Notes: generated from the letters alone by a model not told the origin. A stretch of 64,000 nucleotides of DNA from Botryllus schlosseri (GCA_051294905.1 CM119373.1:6944001-7008000), one strand, 5' to 3'; counted from the first letter of the stretch, positions 37,420-50,295 are shown. Numbers and translations are program-made.

Positions 37420-37850
37420 CTTGTGCCGTTCGGAACTGATGTGTGAAGCATTCTTCTCCGCCGTCAGGAAGGCCTGTGTCGACGATATCGGCGACGAGCC
37501 GGTCGAGAATTCCCTCGCACGTTGCGCTCAGTATTGGGCGCTTGTTAGTGCGAAGAACAAGTCTAAAACCAGAAATCGCCTGTCCCACGCTTCCCTCAGT
37601 TCACCATTAGCAACGAGTATAGCGAACGGGTCCGGGTCATTACTGGTGATAACCACGATGGTGGCGCCGTTGGACTGTTGAGCACCATCAGTTTTAGCAG
37701 AACATGAGCCATGAAACATCTGCTTCAGTGACGCCAGCATACCGGCGTTGCCCAAAAAATTCCTGTCAGCGTCGTCGCTTTTTGATATTCTGGAATGCGA
37801 ATTCATATGCAGCAGTCCGATGTAATACAGCCATTATGTCAACAGACACC
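37420..37850 (-). pseudogene. Superfamily-3 helicase-like fragment, probably viral
   Basis: EFAFQNIKKR / DD / LKQMFHG / IVVITSNDP / EAWDRRFLVL in the order expected for SF3 motifs B, B', C and the Arg finger; Walker A not seen. Confidence 0.45.
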
Positions 37851-38459
37851 ACGTAAAGGCCCGTTATATTATAGTACAATAACTATAAACTTGTAGGGCA
37901 TCGCAGCTAAAGGCTCATGTTGTCATCGTGGTCGTTTGTGTCATTCCCTGTTTTTGTATACTAAAATGTCAGTTACACCAGGCCGCTATTTGTCCATGTT
38001 GAGTTGATGCATTCGCTGCCTTCTTGAGCACGAACCACATATTGTCTGCTTACGACACCACTTACACGGATCAGTGCACGATTATGAACCTACACTGTAA
38101 AAAATATCCTTGGTATGTCTCAAGTTTAGGGTGGTTTCTGAATCCCCCTAGCTTGGACTCGTGAAATCATTTTACTACTAATTCAACTAGGTGATTCTCA
38201 AGTTTCCTACCTGACTTGTGTTCCATAAACCAAGTCTGACAAAGGATTGACATATACCTTTCGCCTTAATCAATTGACACGAAATCAGTCGTCGGTAATC
38301 AATAGACAACAAAATTAGTCGTCGGTATGTGGATTCCAGCACAGTGTATATTACCAACAAAAATGCAACGTAACACACATAAGACAATATTGGATAACTG
38401 AAGTGACACAAATTCGTTATGATGTAATGAATACAGGTAAACCCACAATATATGTTCAT

Positions 38460-38722
38460 TGTTCGAGTTGATTACGTGATGGAGTAATAAGCCCTATCCT
38501 TCATATTCATCCAACGTTTTCTTGAACATTTTTGGCTCCTAATCGTCCCAAGGTCGCTGGAATTAAACTTTTCCGCGAGTCTCTCCCACTCTCTATCCTT
38601 CGCTTTGGTGGAATATTATTTTATTTTCAATCACCGGATTTTCTGCTATTAAATCCAACAGCAACTTTTTTTTATTGTAGAGAGAAATTTGGTTCCCTCT
38701 TTGCGGCAACACCATCATCCAT
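38460..38722 (-). pseudogene. Myb/SANT-like (MSANTD-type) exon, Harbinger accessory gene
   Basis: KREPNFS..*KKLLLDLIAENPVIENK...KDREWERLAEKFNS....RSQKCSRKRWMNMK. Confidence 0.75.
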
Positions 38723-38954
38723 TATTGAAATTATTGTTACATTATAGAAAGTGACTATGGAACGGAAACTCCCGTTTTCCCATTGTTAGGTCACGCATGA
38801 CTGAATCTAGCGGATTCGGACAACCGAGCAATCGCAACGAACGTTGGAGGCGTGAGTTATTCCAGTTCCGAGGTAATTTCGGGCAGGTGTAAAGGGTACG
38901 GACGGTAATGAGATGGAGACAGCCAAGGGGTCGTGGTTTATATATGTCCTGTGA

Positions 38955-41699
38955 ATGGGATCAGTGTTTTTGTAACCAATACTTATCGACAGAGGACAGT
39001 TTTTGTTGCAACTCTGGAGTTTCCGATCGACATTATTATTGTACTTGATATTTTCGTATATTATTTTATTTAAAAATTCATATCACTATAACAGCCAGGG
39101 TAAGTCAAAGCTTTTATCTGATAGCAGAAAGTGTAATCTTGACTACAAAAGGATGTCAACAACGGATGCGATGTTGAGTGTGCCTGAGACAATTTTAGTT
39201 GAAATTAAGACTGATAGTTTGGATATAGATTATTCCGCTGAAGAATATCAGAAGTTCAGGGATTTATCATTGACAGCATCGGAACCCGATTCTCACAGTA
39301 TTGATTTGTCACTTTTATCACACTATGGAGCTACATTGATTACAGACTGGCAGGAAAGATTTAAAACAACTGGAAATTTGGAGGCCATTATGGAGTAGTA
39401 TTCTGATTTGATGGAGGGTAGCAGAATTTTCAAGTGTTTTTCTGAGCCGGTTCCCGAAATTGCAGATGCTGCATTACATTTGCTAGAAATAATTGATAGT
39501 ATTGTTGCATCGAGGCCTGTCGACCAAGTTGCACATGCCAGCATTTCAGCAAGAGAGGCAGATATCATCGAGTTTATTGGAGGTTTTGTTTTGCGGCGTG
39601 TGAAAACCCGTTTTCTCAGATCACCTCAACTTCATGACATTATATCGAACTTGGAATCAGACTCTCCACAGTTCACTTTGATACCACTGCTGGAGAAATT
39701 CAAACTCATTTATCCGTCTATGGAAGTACAATCTTTCTTTCAAAACATATTTGTAGAGGGGTAATTCCATGTCAGATCAACCAAAAAAATGGATTTCGTC
39801 ACCACATAGTGTCAGATTTTGCTGAAATTTGGCTCAAAACATCACGAAGTATAGCTCACTAAATCGCAATTTATTTGAAAGGAATTACTTCAGTAGTTTC
39901 AAAGTTATCGCATGATGAAAAACAGGCTTTTCATGCCCATTCAACCGTGAAATTGAAGGGCTGTTTTTAAGTATATTTGGAATTGTCTGTGAATGAGCTA
40001 CTTTGACCTTAAAGTGTTGTTCACTTGTTATGTTGTTTAAATTGATCTATTCTATCATTCAAGTGCGAAATTAGTGATTTTTGGTGCACGGCCCAGAATT
40101 TATTTCAAGTTAAAAGATGTTACCTCTGGAAATCACTCAAGCATGACAATATTTCAGGAGTCTCCCTCTCATTTCTGTCTACTTGAAAAAAGTTATGAAG
40201 GGTGGAAAATGAAAGCTGTTGTAACATAGATTCCTTACAACATAAGTTTTTATCTAATATTCACTTACAAAGTTTTGAAAAACAGGGTATATTTCAGGTC
40301 ATGAAAATGTAGTGATTTTCCTAAAAATGATGTTTGATATTCTAGTTGCTGTGTTACCTTGAGACAAACTCCAGCATGTTACTCATTTTCTGGAAATTCT
40401 TTGTTCTAACAGCTTTCATATGACACCATTTACAAAAATTTTGAAACAGACAGAAACGAGAGAGAGACCGCTGAAATATTGTTGTTACGGTTCAGTGGTT
40501 TCTGGGTTTAATGAGTTACATTTTGGGATGTCAGCCAAAAATCAGTAATTTTTGTCCTGCATGATAGAATAGATCAATTTATACACCATAACAAATTGAA
40601 CAACTCTCTGATTGTCAAAATAGCTCATTTACAGAAAATTACAAATCAGCCAGAAAAATTACTTGAATTTCGCGGTTGGATGAGCATAAAAAGCTTGTTC
40701 TTTATCATGCAATACCTTGAAAACTACTTATGTAATTCATTTAAAATAAATTGATATTTACTTAGATATACTTCATGGTGTTTTAAGCCAAATTTCAGCA
40801 AAATCTGAAACTCAAGAGATACCCAATCTCTGTTTTGATTAATCTCAAATTGAATTACCCCATGGATTCAGAAGTATTTATGTCAAGTTAAGTTAGAGGT
40901 ACTATCCGTCAAATATTAGTTAACAAAACATATCAGCCAGTTTCCTCTACAAACAAGCTTTCATATGACATGTTACTTTCCAATTTTCGTGTAGACAGAA
41001 TTACGCTAGATATAATTGAAGTTCATGTTACGCATGAACGATTTTGAAAAGTGTCAGTTTATGAGGTGGGTTTTAACCCCTGACCCCATTTGATTATGTG
41101 ACAATTTTCCCTTCAATAGCAAGAGTTTCTTCTATTCTATCATTAGACACCATAATCCACTCTCAAGTACTTGACTATGCTGTTTTATAAACGTTACTGT
41201 AACAGGTAATGTAAAAGTAATAGAACTTCATGGTTGGGTGAGCACAGAATGGCCATTTTTTAAAATGCGATAACTTTGTGATGGATGGACCAATTTTGAC
41301 AAAATTAAGTTTGCTGCAGTCAGAACTGGATACCAGATTTACCCCTCCATTTTCATTGCAATCTGACACCTAGTGGTGACGGGTGCGGTTGATTTGACAT
41401 GGACTTACCCAGAGGCTAGTAAGGAGTTTTCCAAGCCTGCTGCGGAAATCAATGTAGAGCACTTGAAAAAGTGTATTTCTTCATCTAGATTTTTTTACAA
41501 TTTTGTCGATTACCTTGCTGACTCCGGCCCGTTTCCCTCTGAAAGCGTGAAAGAGGTAGTATTTGTAATGACTCTGCTCTACATAAAGACACTGACATAT
41601 AGTTTCTCAAGGAAATTGATTGATAGGCTGAGAAAATTCAAATCTAGTACCACAGCAGGCAGCGGCTCTCGTAGTCTCAGAACTGATTTGAAAAAATAA
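38955..41699 (+). pseudogene. Second (accessory) gene of the 10-kb element, interrupted by MITEs
   Basis: ORF pieces 39003-39398, 39408-39764 (EADIIEFIGGFVLRRVK...LIYPSMEV), 40862-40910 and 41373-41699 (LYIKTLTYSFSRKLIDRLRK...SLRTDLKK). The frame continues across the 39758-40861 insertion (IFVE|WIQKYL). Confidence 0.55.
39758..40861. mobile_element. Old non-autonomous element with long diverged TIRs (Sola2-like ends)
   Basis: GGGGTAATTC / GAATTACCCC termini; about 300-bp arms at roughly 75-80% identity by eye; no TSD recognised. Confidence 0.7.
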
Positions 41700-44609
41700 A
41701 CCAATTCATTAACAGGTCATAGTTAAGTGACATAATTAGATACTTGATGCGTGAACTCTGACTAGGTGAGAGTAGAGTAGCAGAAATGCAATCTGTGTAT
41801 TTATTTGATGCAATTCCAATCAATTTTTCATGCGTTTTTGCAGGGGTTCCTCATTCAATTCCGTCCATGCATTTTTATCACCAAATGTTGTGTTGCCGCC
41901 TTTCAATTTCTTGATTCCTTTTCTTACAGTTAGGTGTTGGATGGCATAGGCAGCTTGATTGATGTCTGGATTGGAACAACGCGCCCCATGTTGTCGCTGT
42001 TTATTGGATATAAGAATTCTAAAAGATAGGAGAGAACGGAGCTTACAATATATTCTCACCACATTTCCGAAAAAGGCCTCCAATACATCCTGTGAGAATG
42101 AATGAAGTCCGACATAATTTGAATACTTTCCATCAAGCAAACGCCTACAAAGGCACGCAAAATTACGTGATGTGAAGCAAAGCCCTTCAAGGGTTGGCAT
42201 TGCTACCAGTTTCTTGCAGTCTCCTGAAAGACTATCCTGAACATACAATTATATAAGTGAACTTTCATGCAATCTGTTGCATCCCACTTACATGCCACTG
42301 CGCAAGGCTGTCAGCAAATGTCTCAAGCCAAGAGATGCGTTCATCATCCAGATTTTTGATTGGATTTTTTGAAGAGCAGTCTACAATTGAAAACCATCTA
42401 CAAAGATGAAATATCAGGTATACTACATATCATATGTCATAAGTTTATAGGACATACTTGGCGAAATTAAGTATGTAATCCGCCGTGCCCTCTGCTCTTG
42501 GTACCTTACTCAACACTTTACCAACCCGCTCATTTAAAACAGCACGAGCCAAACCAACATTCATCTGTTTGACAAGCAGAAATGATAATTTACTGACACT
42601 GATCGATAATGTCACAGTTACCTTGCTATATGGCGTCAGTTCAACGTGTACTTTTTTCAACAAGCTTTCACTCAGCATTGAATGAGATTCGCGCTTGTAC
42701 AGATCTGAAATATCCGTCCAGACAATCGGACGACCTTGAACATCTATCATTTCCTTTGAACCATTCTTTCGTGAATTATATAAGGAATTACGAGCAGTCT
42801 TAACCATGAAAAGCAACAATTAAACACTATGTGTAGAGTAAATTTTACCTAAATTACCTTCAGCAAATGAGGGGGGTCTGACAGCAAGGCAATCGGTCGA
42901 TGAACAGCTAGCGGATTATGTGCCATAAGATTGCTTCGCATAGTGATTTTGTAACCTTGACTAATGATGCGAAACATCTTTCTGTTGGTTGGATGTCCAT
43001 CACATATCAAAGCATGAACTTGTAGACCGGCCTTTTCACATGCTATGATGTTCTTCCAAACCAATGAGGCAAGTCGTCCTGCTGTCATAGACCGTGTGGC
43101 GTACCATGCTATTGGCACAGAAACCTTTCTGGTTACGGTCCTTCCGTAAAATACTTTTAAATAAAATATATATTTATATTGGCCCCCATGTTTTTATTAA
43201 TGCTATACAAGCCATAAATCCTTACCTAAAATGTTACTGGCTAGCTCATTCCTTTTATTTTCTTCCGTCACTGACATAGGATCAACGAGCCCCACCAGTT
43301 TGCCTTCTCGCAAGACACCTTCTCGCAAGACAAGATTCTCTTTAACTGTTCATTGAATATTTGTCATATATTATTAATATATCTACAATTCTTGGCCAAT
43401 TAATACTGTTACTAAGCTTTACTTTTCATCTCGTCCAAACATATAAAGCCGGTCATGTTTTCCCCCTCTTCTTTTCTGACTGCAATTTGCTCCAGTGCCA
43501 ATTTATTTATGCCTGGACTAGGTGGGATACAGTTTCTGTGAACAATAGAAGTATGCAATTCTCTATATAATATGATGATCTGCTTTTTTATCTACCTGTA
43601 GGAGCGAATGGTGCGGTTGCTCGGCAATTGGAGAACATTGCTGCTTCTAATGTGTGCATAGGCTGCTGGGGATCTCGAGTACAACTCAATGCACCATCTC
43701 AGAATGTCAGGATGATAGCGGCGACCATTACCTGACCTCTGGGAATTGATCATGTCATCAAGAAATAATTGATGCAAGAACTCATTCATGTTGCCTTTTT
43801 CAGTATCAACTATCGCCTATAAATTAACCTTATTAGTTGCATGTTGCTGCCAGTTATGTGTGTGGTCTGCAATAAATACCTGAACCGTCAAATGTACCTG
43901 CTCATCCACCTCTACCGTTTCGTCCAAGCTATTTTGGTTATTCGCCTTGATGTATGCTGAGCAACCATCACAAATCTCCAGCGAATCAACTAGAATGTGG
44001 GTAATCAAGGTCACAGAGCTCAGTTACACTGACCTGTCCAATGCAAATTTGTACCTAAAATACGGCATGTCGCGCAGCGATGAATCACAGACACTTTTAG
44101 TTCGTGACTACCCATTCTTTCGACTACAGGGTGAGATTTGGTGTCCTGAAATTCTGACCCGACTCCAGAACATACATTTAGTTTCTCCAATTGCTCTAAA
44201 TATGTCGTATTTCAACATCATTATCACAGTTACTTCAGTGAATTTTCGCAACCTACTGATGACATCATGTAGTTCTATGTAACACATATCCATCTCAAAA
44301 AATTGTTTCAAATCCACTGCCCAGCCAAAGCAGTGAAGTTGGTTGTTCCCTGATTGCAGGTCAATGCTTATCCTGAACAAATAATACTTCATAATTGCAG
44401 TCATTTTTCAATCTATTTCAAGCTACTTACACGGACACTTATTAATTTTTTCGCTACCTGACACACTATTACACCAATGACTAACAAATTCACCTCAATC
44501 TTGGTGCCAGACCAGAGTCTTCATCATCTTCATACCGTCCAATCAACCTGCCCTTTTTTTCGTAAAACACCCAATATTCTAAATGATCAAATGTTAGCCA
44601 TTCACTTGC

Positions 44610-47384
44610 GGGTCAGATCATGTCAGGTGATACAGGCCATATTTCCACCATCTTGGATTGTCATGAAAATAGGCATGCTTACAGAGCTGTGTTTTCTGAT
44701 TTCAGAAAACCAAATTTCATGAAAAAAGGTCATCTTGAACCGAAGATATGACCGTCCAAAAATTGCTATTTTTGTGATCGCTCAAGCGGAAAAAATATCA
44801 GAAATTTATACATGAAGTTTAATTTTGCTATATTTCGGGCAAATTAAGGTTGTTGAGAGTGACACTTACACACTTGTTCATTTATATCCTGCTTGATACT
44901 TTTTCGATTTCTTGGACACTTAGAGTTGCATAGTCTGACCTCTAACCTCGTGATTTTGTTCATGTCTTTGAAAATCACTCACGCGTGACTTCATTTTCAA
45001 TTGCAGATATCTCATGGTGACTAGGTGATATCATCAAGTGTAAGGTATCATTGGAAAGCTCTTTAAAAGGACTTTTAAAATGAATAATAAAATTAGTGAC
45101 TTCTTATCATCACATTGGAAAAAAATTGTGTAAAATAATGTTGGAAAAATTGTTGATTTCAAAATATTATTACAATTTTACTTTCACAACAGGTTGTACG
45201 GTATTAAATCTGAGGATGTGGATGGACTTATTTCGTTCAAACAGTGGGTGTCAGTTGACCGAGCTGATCTAATAACCCAAAACTTAACCATAACTGAATT
45301 TATTCAGTTGATATTAAAAAAGCTTACAGATTTAGCACCACATCATCACATTTCGCATTCACAGTCTTTATATTTGAAAAAACGAAAACAAGATATGGAT
45401 CAGCAAACAGCTCTTGTATTAATGGCTTTTGTGGAAAATTATTCTTTCCACATTCAAGATGAAGCGCAAGGGTATCATTGGACTCACCAATGCTGCACTG
45501 TGCACCCGGTAGTTTGCTACTACAAGTCTGCAAGCAACGATATTTTGCATTTAAATCTATGCTTTTTATCGGAAGAGTTGTTGCACGATGCAGTAATGGT
45601 GTATCTGATTCAGCAAAAAACAATTGAAGTTCTCAAAAGTACAATTCACAACTTGGACAATGTGGAATATTTTAGCGATGGTTGCGCTGCCCAGTACAAA
45701 AACAGAAAATCATTTTACAATTTGTGCAAGCACAAAGCTGACTTCAAGGTGGATGCTACGTGGTCCTTTTTTGCCACGAGCCATAGTAAATCGCCATGTG
45801 ATGGCATTGGTGGCACTGTAAAACGAGCTACAGCAATGGAAAGTCTGAGACGCCCACTGAATGGTCAGATTTTGAACGTTGAAGAAATGATGTCCTATTG
45901 CGTGAAAAATCTCCAAAAAATAAAAAATTTTAATTTGCTAAAAGACGAATTGGATGCTACGAAAGCTTTTTCGGAACATCGATTTCAGCTCGCCACCACA
46001 GTCAAAGGTACTCCATTCCATAATTTTAGGACTTTGTCATCAACCAAACTGGGAGCAAAACGTGTCAGCCAAGACAAACAGTATGTATTGGAAGTTAAAT
46101 TAGATGAAGACTCAAACCAAGAACATGTACTTCAAACTGAAATTGTCAAAAACAAATTTGTATGCTGCGTTTATGATGAAAACTGGTACATTGGCATGGT
46201 CACAGAAATTGACAAGCAAAACAACGATGCCTTAGTTGAATTCATGCACCCAAAAGGCCCATCACAGTTTTTTCAGTGGCCCCAAAATAAAGATTCTTGC
46301 TGGACACCGTTCCAGCACATTTTGTGCACAGTTGACGTTCCTTGTTTATTCAATAATCGGGGACAATACCAAATGACAAAGGAATCAGCACTGAAAGTCA
46401 TGCAAGTTTTGAAGAAATATCATCAAAGATAAATATTATCTGATATGAGCAAATAGTTATTATCTAATAGTATGAAAACTAAAGAACCCGCAGGACCTTG
46501 ATATTGATTGTCATTGTTCCTTTCATTGTTTAGTGCTGATTGTTACCCGAATGTATTGTGTAGAGTACATAAAACATCGCATCTTATCGTGTCAGTTGTG
46601 ATGTGTTTTGGAAGTATTGTGTGGTCACCTCAAACTGTGTAGCAAAATTTTCTCAAATTTTCAAAAATATCTCAAATTATTGTCAGCATAATTTATGTCA
46701 GCAATTATCTGTTTGAGTTATACTGACTACATTATGTATAAAGCACTTGGCACGGTACTGTATATAGAATTAAGGTGGAATGAGTTGCTTTTCAGAGTTT
46801 GCTCTTGTTAAAAAGGGGGAGGATTTTGAATAAATTTGCAAGTTAGCTTCATGGCGCTCTTATGGTATGTTACGATTCAAAAGTCACTAATGTTATTTTT
46901 GTTTTTAAAAGCTCTTGTCAAGAGCTTTCCAATGATACCTCACACTTGATGACATCACCTGGTCACCAAGAGATATTTGCAATCGAAAATGAAGTCACGC
47001 ATGAATGATTTTCAAATGCATGAACAAAAAAGCGAGGTCAAAGTTCAGGCTATGCAACCCCAGGTGTCAAAGAAGGCGAAAAAGTGTCAAGCAGGACATA
47101 AATGAACAAGTGTGAAAGTGTTACCTTCAACAACCCTAATTTGACCGAATTGTAGCAAATTCAAATAACATGTATAAATTTCTGACATTTTTTCCGCTTG
47201 AGTGATCACAAAAACAGCAATTTTTGGACGGTCATATCTTCGGTTCAAGATGACCTTTTTTGATGAAATTTGGTTTTCTGAAATCAGAAAACACGGCTCT
47301 GTAACCATATCAATTTTTATGACAATCTGAGATGGTGAAGGTACATTTTGAAATTTTTCTGGATCACCTGACATGATCTGACCC
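44610..47384 (+). mobile_element. Sola2-type DNA transposon, internally deleted
   Basis: GGGTCAGATCATGTCAGGTGAT termini, about 500-bp TIRs (44610-45105, 46875-47384), perfect 4-bp TSD TTGC. Confidence 0.9.
45194..46432 (+). pseudogene. Sola2-type transposase, N-terminally deleted
   Basis: ENYSFHIQDEAQGYHW, HPVVCYY, LLHD, FSDGCAAQYKN, FFATSHSKSPCDGIGGTVKR; the usual DFxEN aspartate reads A. Confidence 0.85.
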
Positions 47385-49237
47385 TTGCACATTATATGTA
47401 TATCCTAGGGACACCACCTGACTCTACTTGTATCTTCATTGCTGCCTTGTGAAGTTTTTCAAAGGTTCTGTAAACCTGTTTTGGAGGTAATTGTTTCCTC
47501 TTGCTAGGGGGGTTGCGATGTGGACTCCTGAACACACTAGTCAAATTTTTCGGGAGATTTTCAGTTGGCACCGCTCCGATCCTAAGCATTTTCCTGGACT
47601 TTTTGATTATAATGTCACTTTGACTGAAATGTTGCTCGCAGATTGCCATCCTACATGAAGGAAAACAACTACTGAACAATAACCCCTTCTGGTAACCATT
47701 CTATCAGACTCACATTTCTCTACAAAGCTTGTCTGCAATGATTTTCTTTGTCTCACCCCTAACTGAGTACACAAACTTGTGCAGCATTTCTCTGTGGTGT
47801 TTTTCTTCCTCACTGGCTGCAAATTCAGGGCGAAGCACAGTAAAAAGACCAATTCGATTTTTAGATGGCTTTCGAAAGTTGCACTCAGGAACACAACAAT
47901 TTGATGGAGCCATGTTTGCAACACCTAATCTTTGAAATACAAAATGATAATAATGTTACTTAGAAGAGCAAAGTCAAGACGATGTGATTTGAAAATTGAA
48001 TGATCAAATCAAGTAATATAACAGCATTAGCGTAAGGTGGACGAATTTAAAGTCTGATATCACTAGTCATCTGCCACTCTTCACAGGCCTGATTAGGATA
48101 TTGGTTTTTCCTCTGCATTTAGGTGTGTGAGATCAGAGTTGCCGTCGTGATATGACATCAATCCCAGGTGAATATTGCTTGCAAATCGTTTAAACGAGTC
48201 ATTTTGAACCTTCCAGAAGACCGAAATGTGGCATACATGGTGACCAACATTCTTTTCTTTGGGAGCGAGCGACTACGGGTCTTGTGATGGTGATATGGAG
48301 TACCGGTACAATACTTCGTATTGCAGTTCTTGCGGCCACACAGTGATTTCTATAACAAGTAAGACTTTACAGGCTAAACGAATGATACTATATCGCTGTT
48401 CCTGCGAAAAAATCCAGTAAATGGTACATGTAAATTGCCAATTGCACATTTCGGCCAGATTTTATCACACAATAACACAAACTGCCTCTCTTCATCGTTT
48501 AGAAACTCCAGATTTCCGATGAATACTGTTCTATGTCCATAAGTATTGGTTGCAAAACCACTGACCCTATTCACAAGGCATGAATAAACAACGACTCGAT
48601 GTGTTGCAGTTGGCTTTCTGCGCCTAAATGCCGCGGCTACCGCTCTCATCTAACCGAAATTGTCTCGAAACTGGAGAACATCACATCTCCTACATTCGTT
48701 ACGATTGTTCGGTTGTCCAAATCCGCTAGATTCAGTCATGCGTGACCTAACAATGGGAAAACGGGAGTTTCCGTTCCATAGTCACTTTCTATAGTTACAT
48801 TATCGCTCGTAATTCTGTATTTGTTATGGCAGTACGGTAAATCGATACAATGGTCCTTATTAAAGAAATTGATTTCGAACCTGACCATCGCACATCACTT
48901 CAGCACCTGTTCAAACCTGACCGTCAAATTGCCTGGAGCCAAATGGAAATTGTGACGTGATACAATTTCACTGAGGCGTGCGATTTGCCTGTGTCGACAC
49001 CATATACGGCCGGTAAGGTAGTGAGCCGTTGATGCATGACGCCCGTGGATACTGAGGAAGCGGCTTGCCTGGTAACCGCTATTGACAACATTTTGTGATT
49101 GTCCAAGTTCAAGTATGCTAGCGTATATTTCTCTTTGCTACGAATTCGGCAATATCTATATTGCGTAACTGTAACATTCTTTTATCGCTAGGAGATATAT
49201 AGCGTGTAATTATAGTAAGTTTGATTGCTGTTAAAAC

Positions 49238-49375
49238 ATGGCCACCGGAAATTTGGTCGAGGTCGTGTCTATCTATGGCATGATGAAATATTTCGATTAG
49301 GCAAAAAATGCTTTCTGCAAGGGCTAATTAAAGTATAAGTCAGGATTTGTAGTTCAAGTTACAATGCGTGGCCAT
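49238..49375 (+). pseudogene. Element B SWIM-YqaJ gene, N-terminal part
   Basis: MATGNLVEVVSIYGMMKYF...KYKSGFVVQVTMRGH joins in frame to TVHGIVRASMKDRSY at 56422 when 49376-56421 is removed. Confidence 0.8.
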
Positions 49376-50045
49376 TGGGCTCGAAAGTCACGTGACTTTT
49401 TTTCATAACAACCGCCGTTTGGGGCCAAGCGCTTGGTTTGGTATTCTCTGAACGCGTTTCCAATTCGCAATTTGTGCCACTGCTCGGAGTTTCTCATCAA
49501 TTCTGGTGTTCGTGTAACGAAAGTGCAAGCTGCAAGAAGAATTTATTTACTTACAAATGGAGCGTAACGTATATAGAGACGGTAGTTCGTTAGGATTAGA
49601 CTGAACTGATAAAATTGCCAATAAACCTTCCGCATAGCATGGGTAACGTATAGAGAGACGGTAGTTCGTTAGGAATAGACATTTAGCAACAGTAACACTG
49701 ACACTGACATTACCGTGTAAGTGATACAATGTATTTCCTTTCAGATGGATTTGGTAACTACTTTCACGATATGTGATTTCTTTAAAACTGACCCGAATCT
49801 GGTTAGAAGAGGTCAAAATGCTTTAGACAGCGATCATTTAGTATCAGCGAAGTATGGTGGTGACGGTAGAGCGGTGGGCCGTATTCAGTCCAGCTACGAG
49901 CAGAAAGTGTACGACATTGAGGTTGGTAACAGCTAAATTACCAGAAAGTTTTGTGAAAGATTACCTCTACTTGAAATTCAGTGGAAATTTACAGCATTTC
50001 TCGTACTTGAGTAACAACACCTCTGGCATCTTATTGACTCATAGC

Positions 50046-50295
50046 GAGCGAGATAGTGTAATGGTTGTGGGTCTGGCTTCTCGATCGGTAGGTCGTGGGT
50101 CAGAACAAAGACTCTAAATCTGGTATCCGCAGCTATCCTGCTAGGCGCTCGGCAATCACGGATAGCATGGAGGAGAAAAAAACCAGGGGTGCAGACTAGA
50201 TGACCTTACTATAAAGGCCGTATCGCATCTCCGTCGTCAAAGCATCTCGATGATGCAGGCGAATAAGAATACCATACCGTATCTCTCTCTCTCTT
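50046..50295 (+). mobile_element. tRNA-derived SINE, copy 2 (B box partly deleted), inside the YqaJ intron
   Basis: Aligns with 7639-7899 through to the (CT)n tail. Confidence 0.85.

Larger units (their letters stand above)
41820..47913 (-). pseudogene. Multi-exon THAP + P-element-type transposase, degraded, interrupted by Sola2
   Basis: MAPSNCCVPEC...ICEQHF...GAVPT (THAP); GRRYHPDILRWCIELYSRSPAAY...LPSNRTIRSY; ICDGHPTNRKMF; SDPPHLLK.ARN; KMNVGLA-like QMNVGLA; SQDVLEAFFG..RQ.G..CSNP. Confidence 0.88.
38746..48790. mobile_element. 10-kb two-gene P-superfamily-like DNA transposon
   Basis: TIR AGAAAGTGACTATGGAACGGAAACTCCCG..., perfect for about 70 bp and similar to about 140 bp; AT on both flanks; convergent genes inside. 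Confidence 0.85.

Noticed and set aside
38093-38346. CACTG-ended (EnSpm-like) MITE
   Set aside because: The inverted match is only 6 bp.
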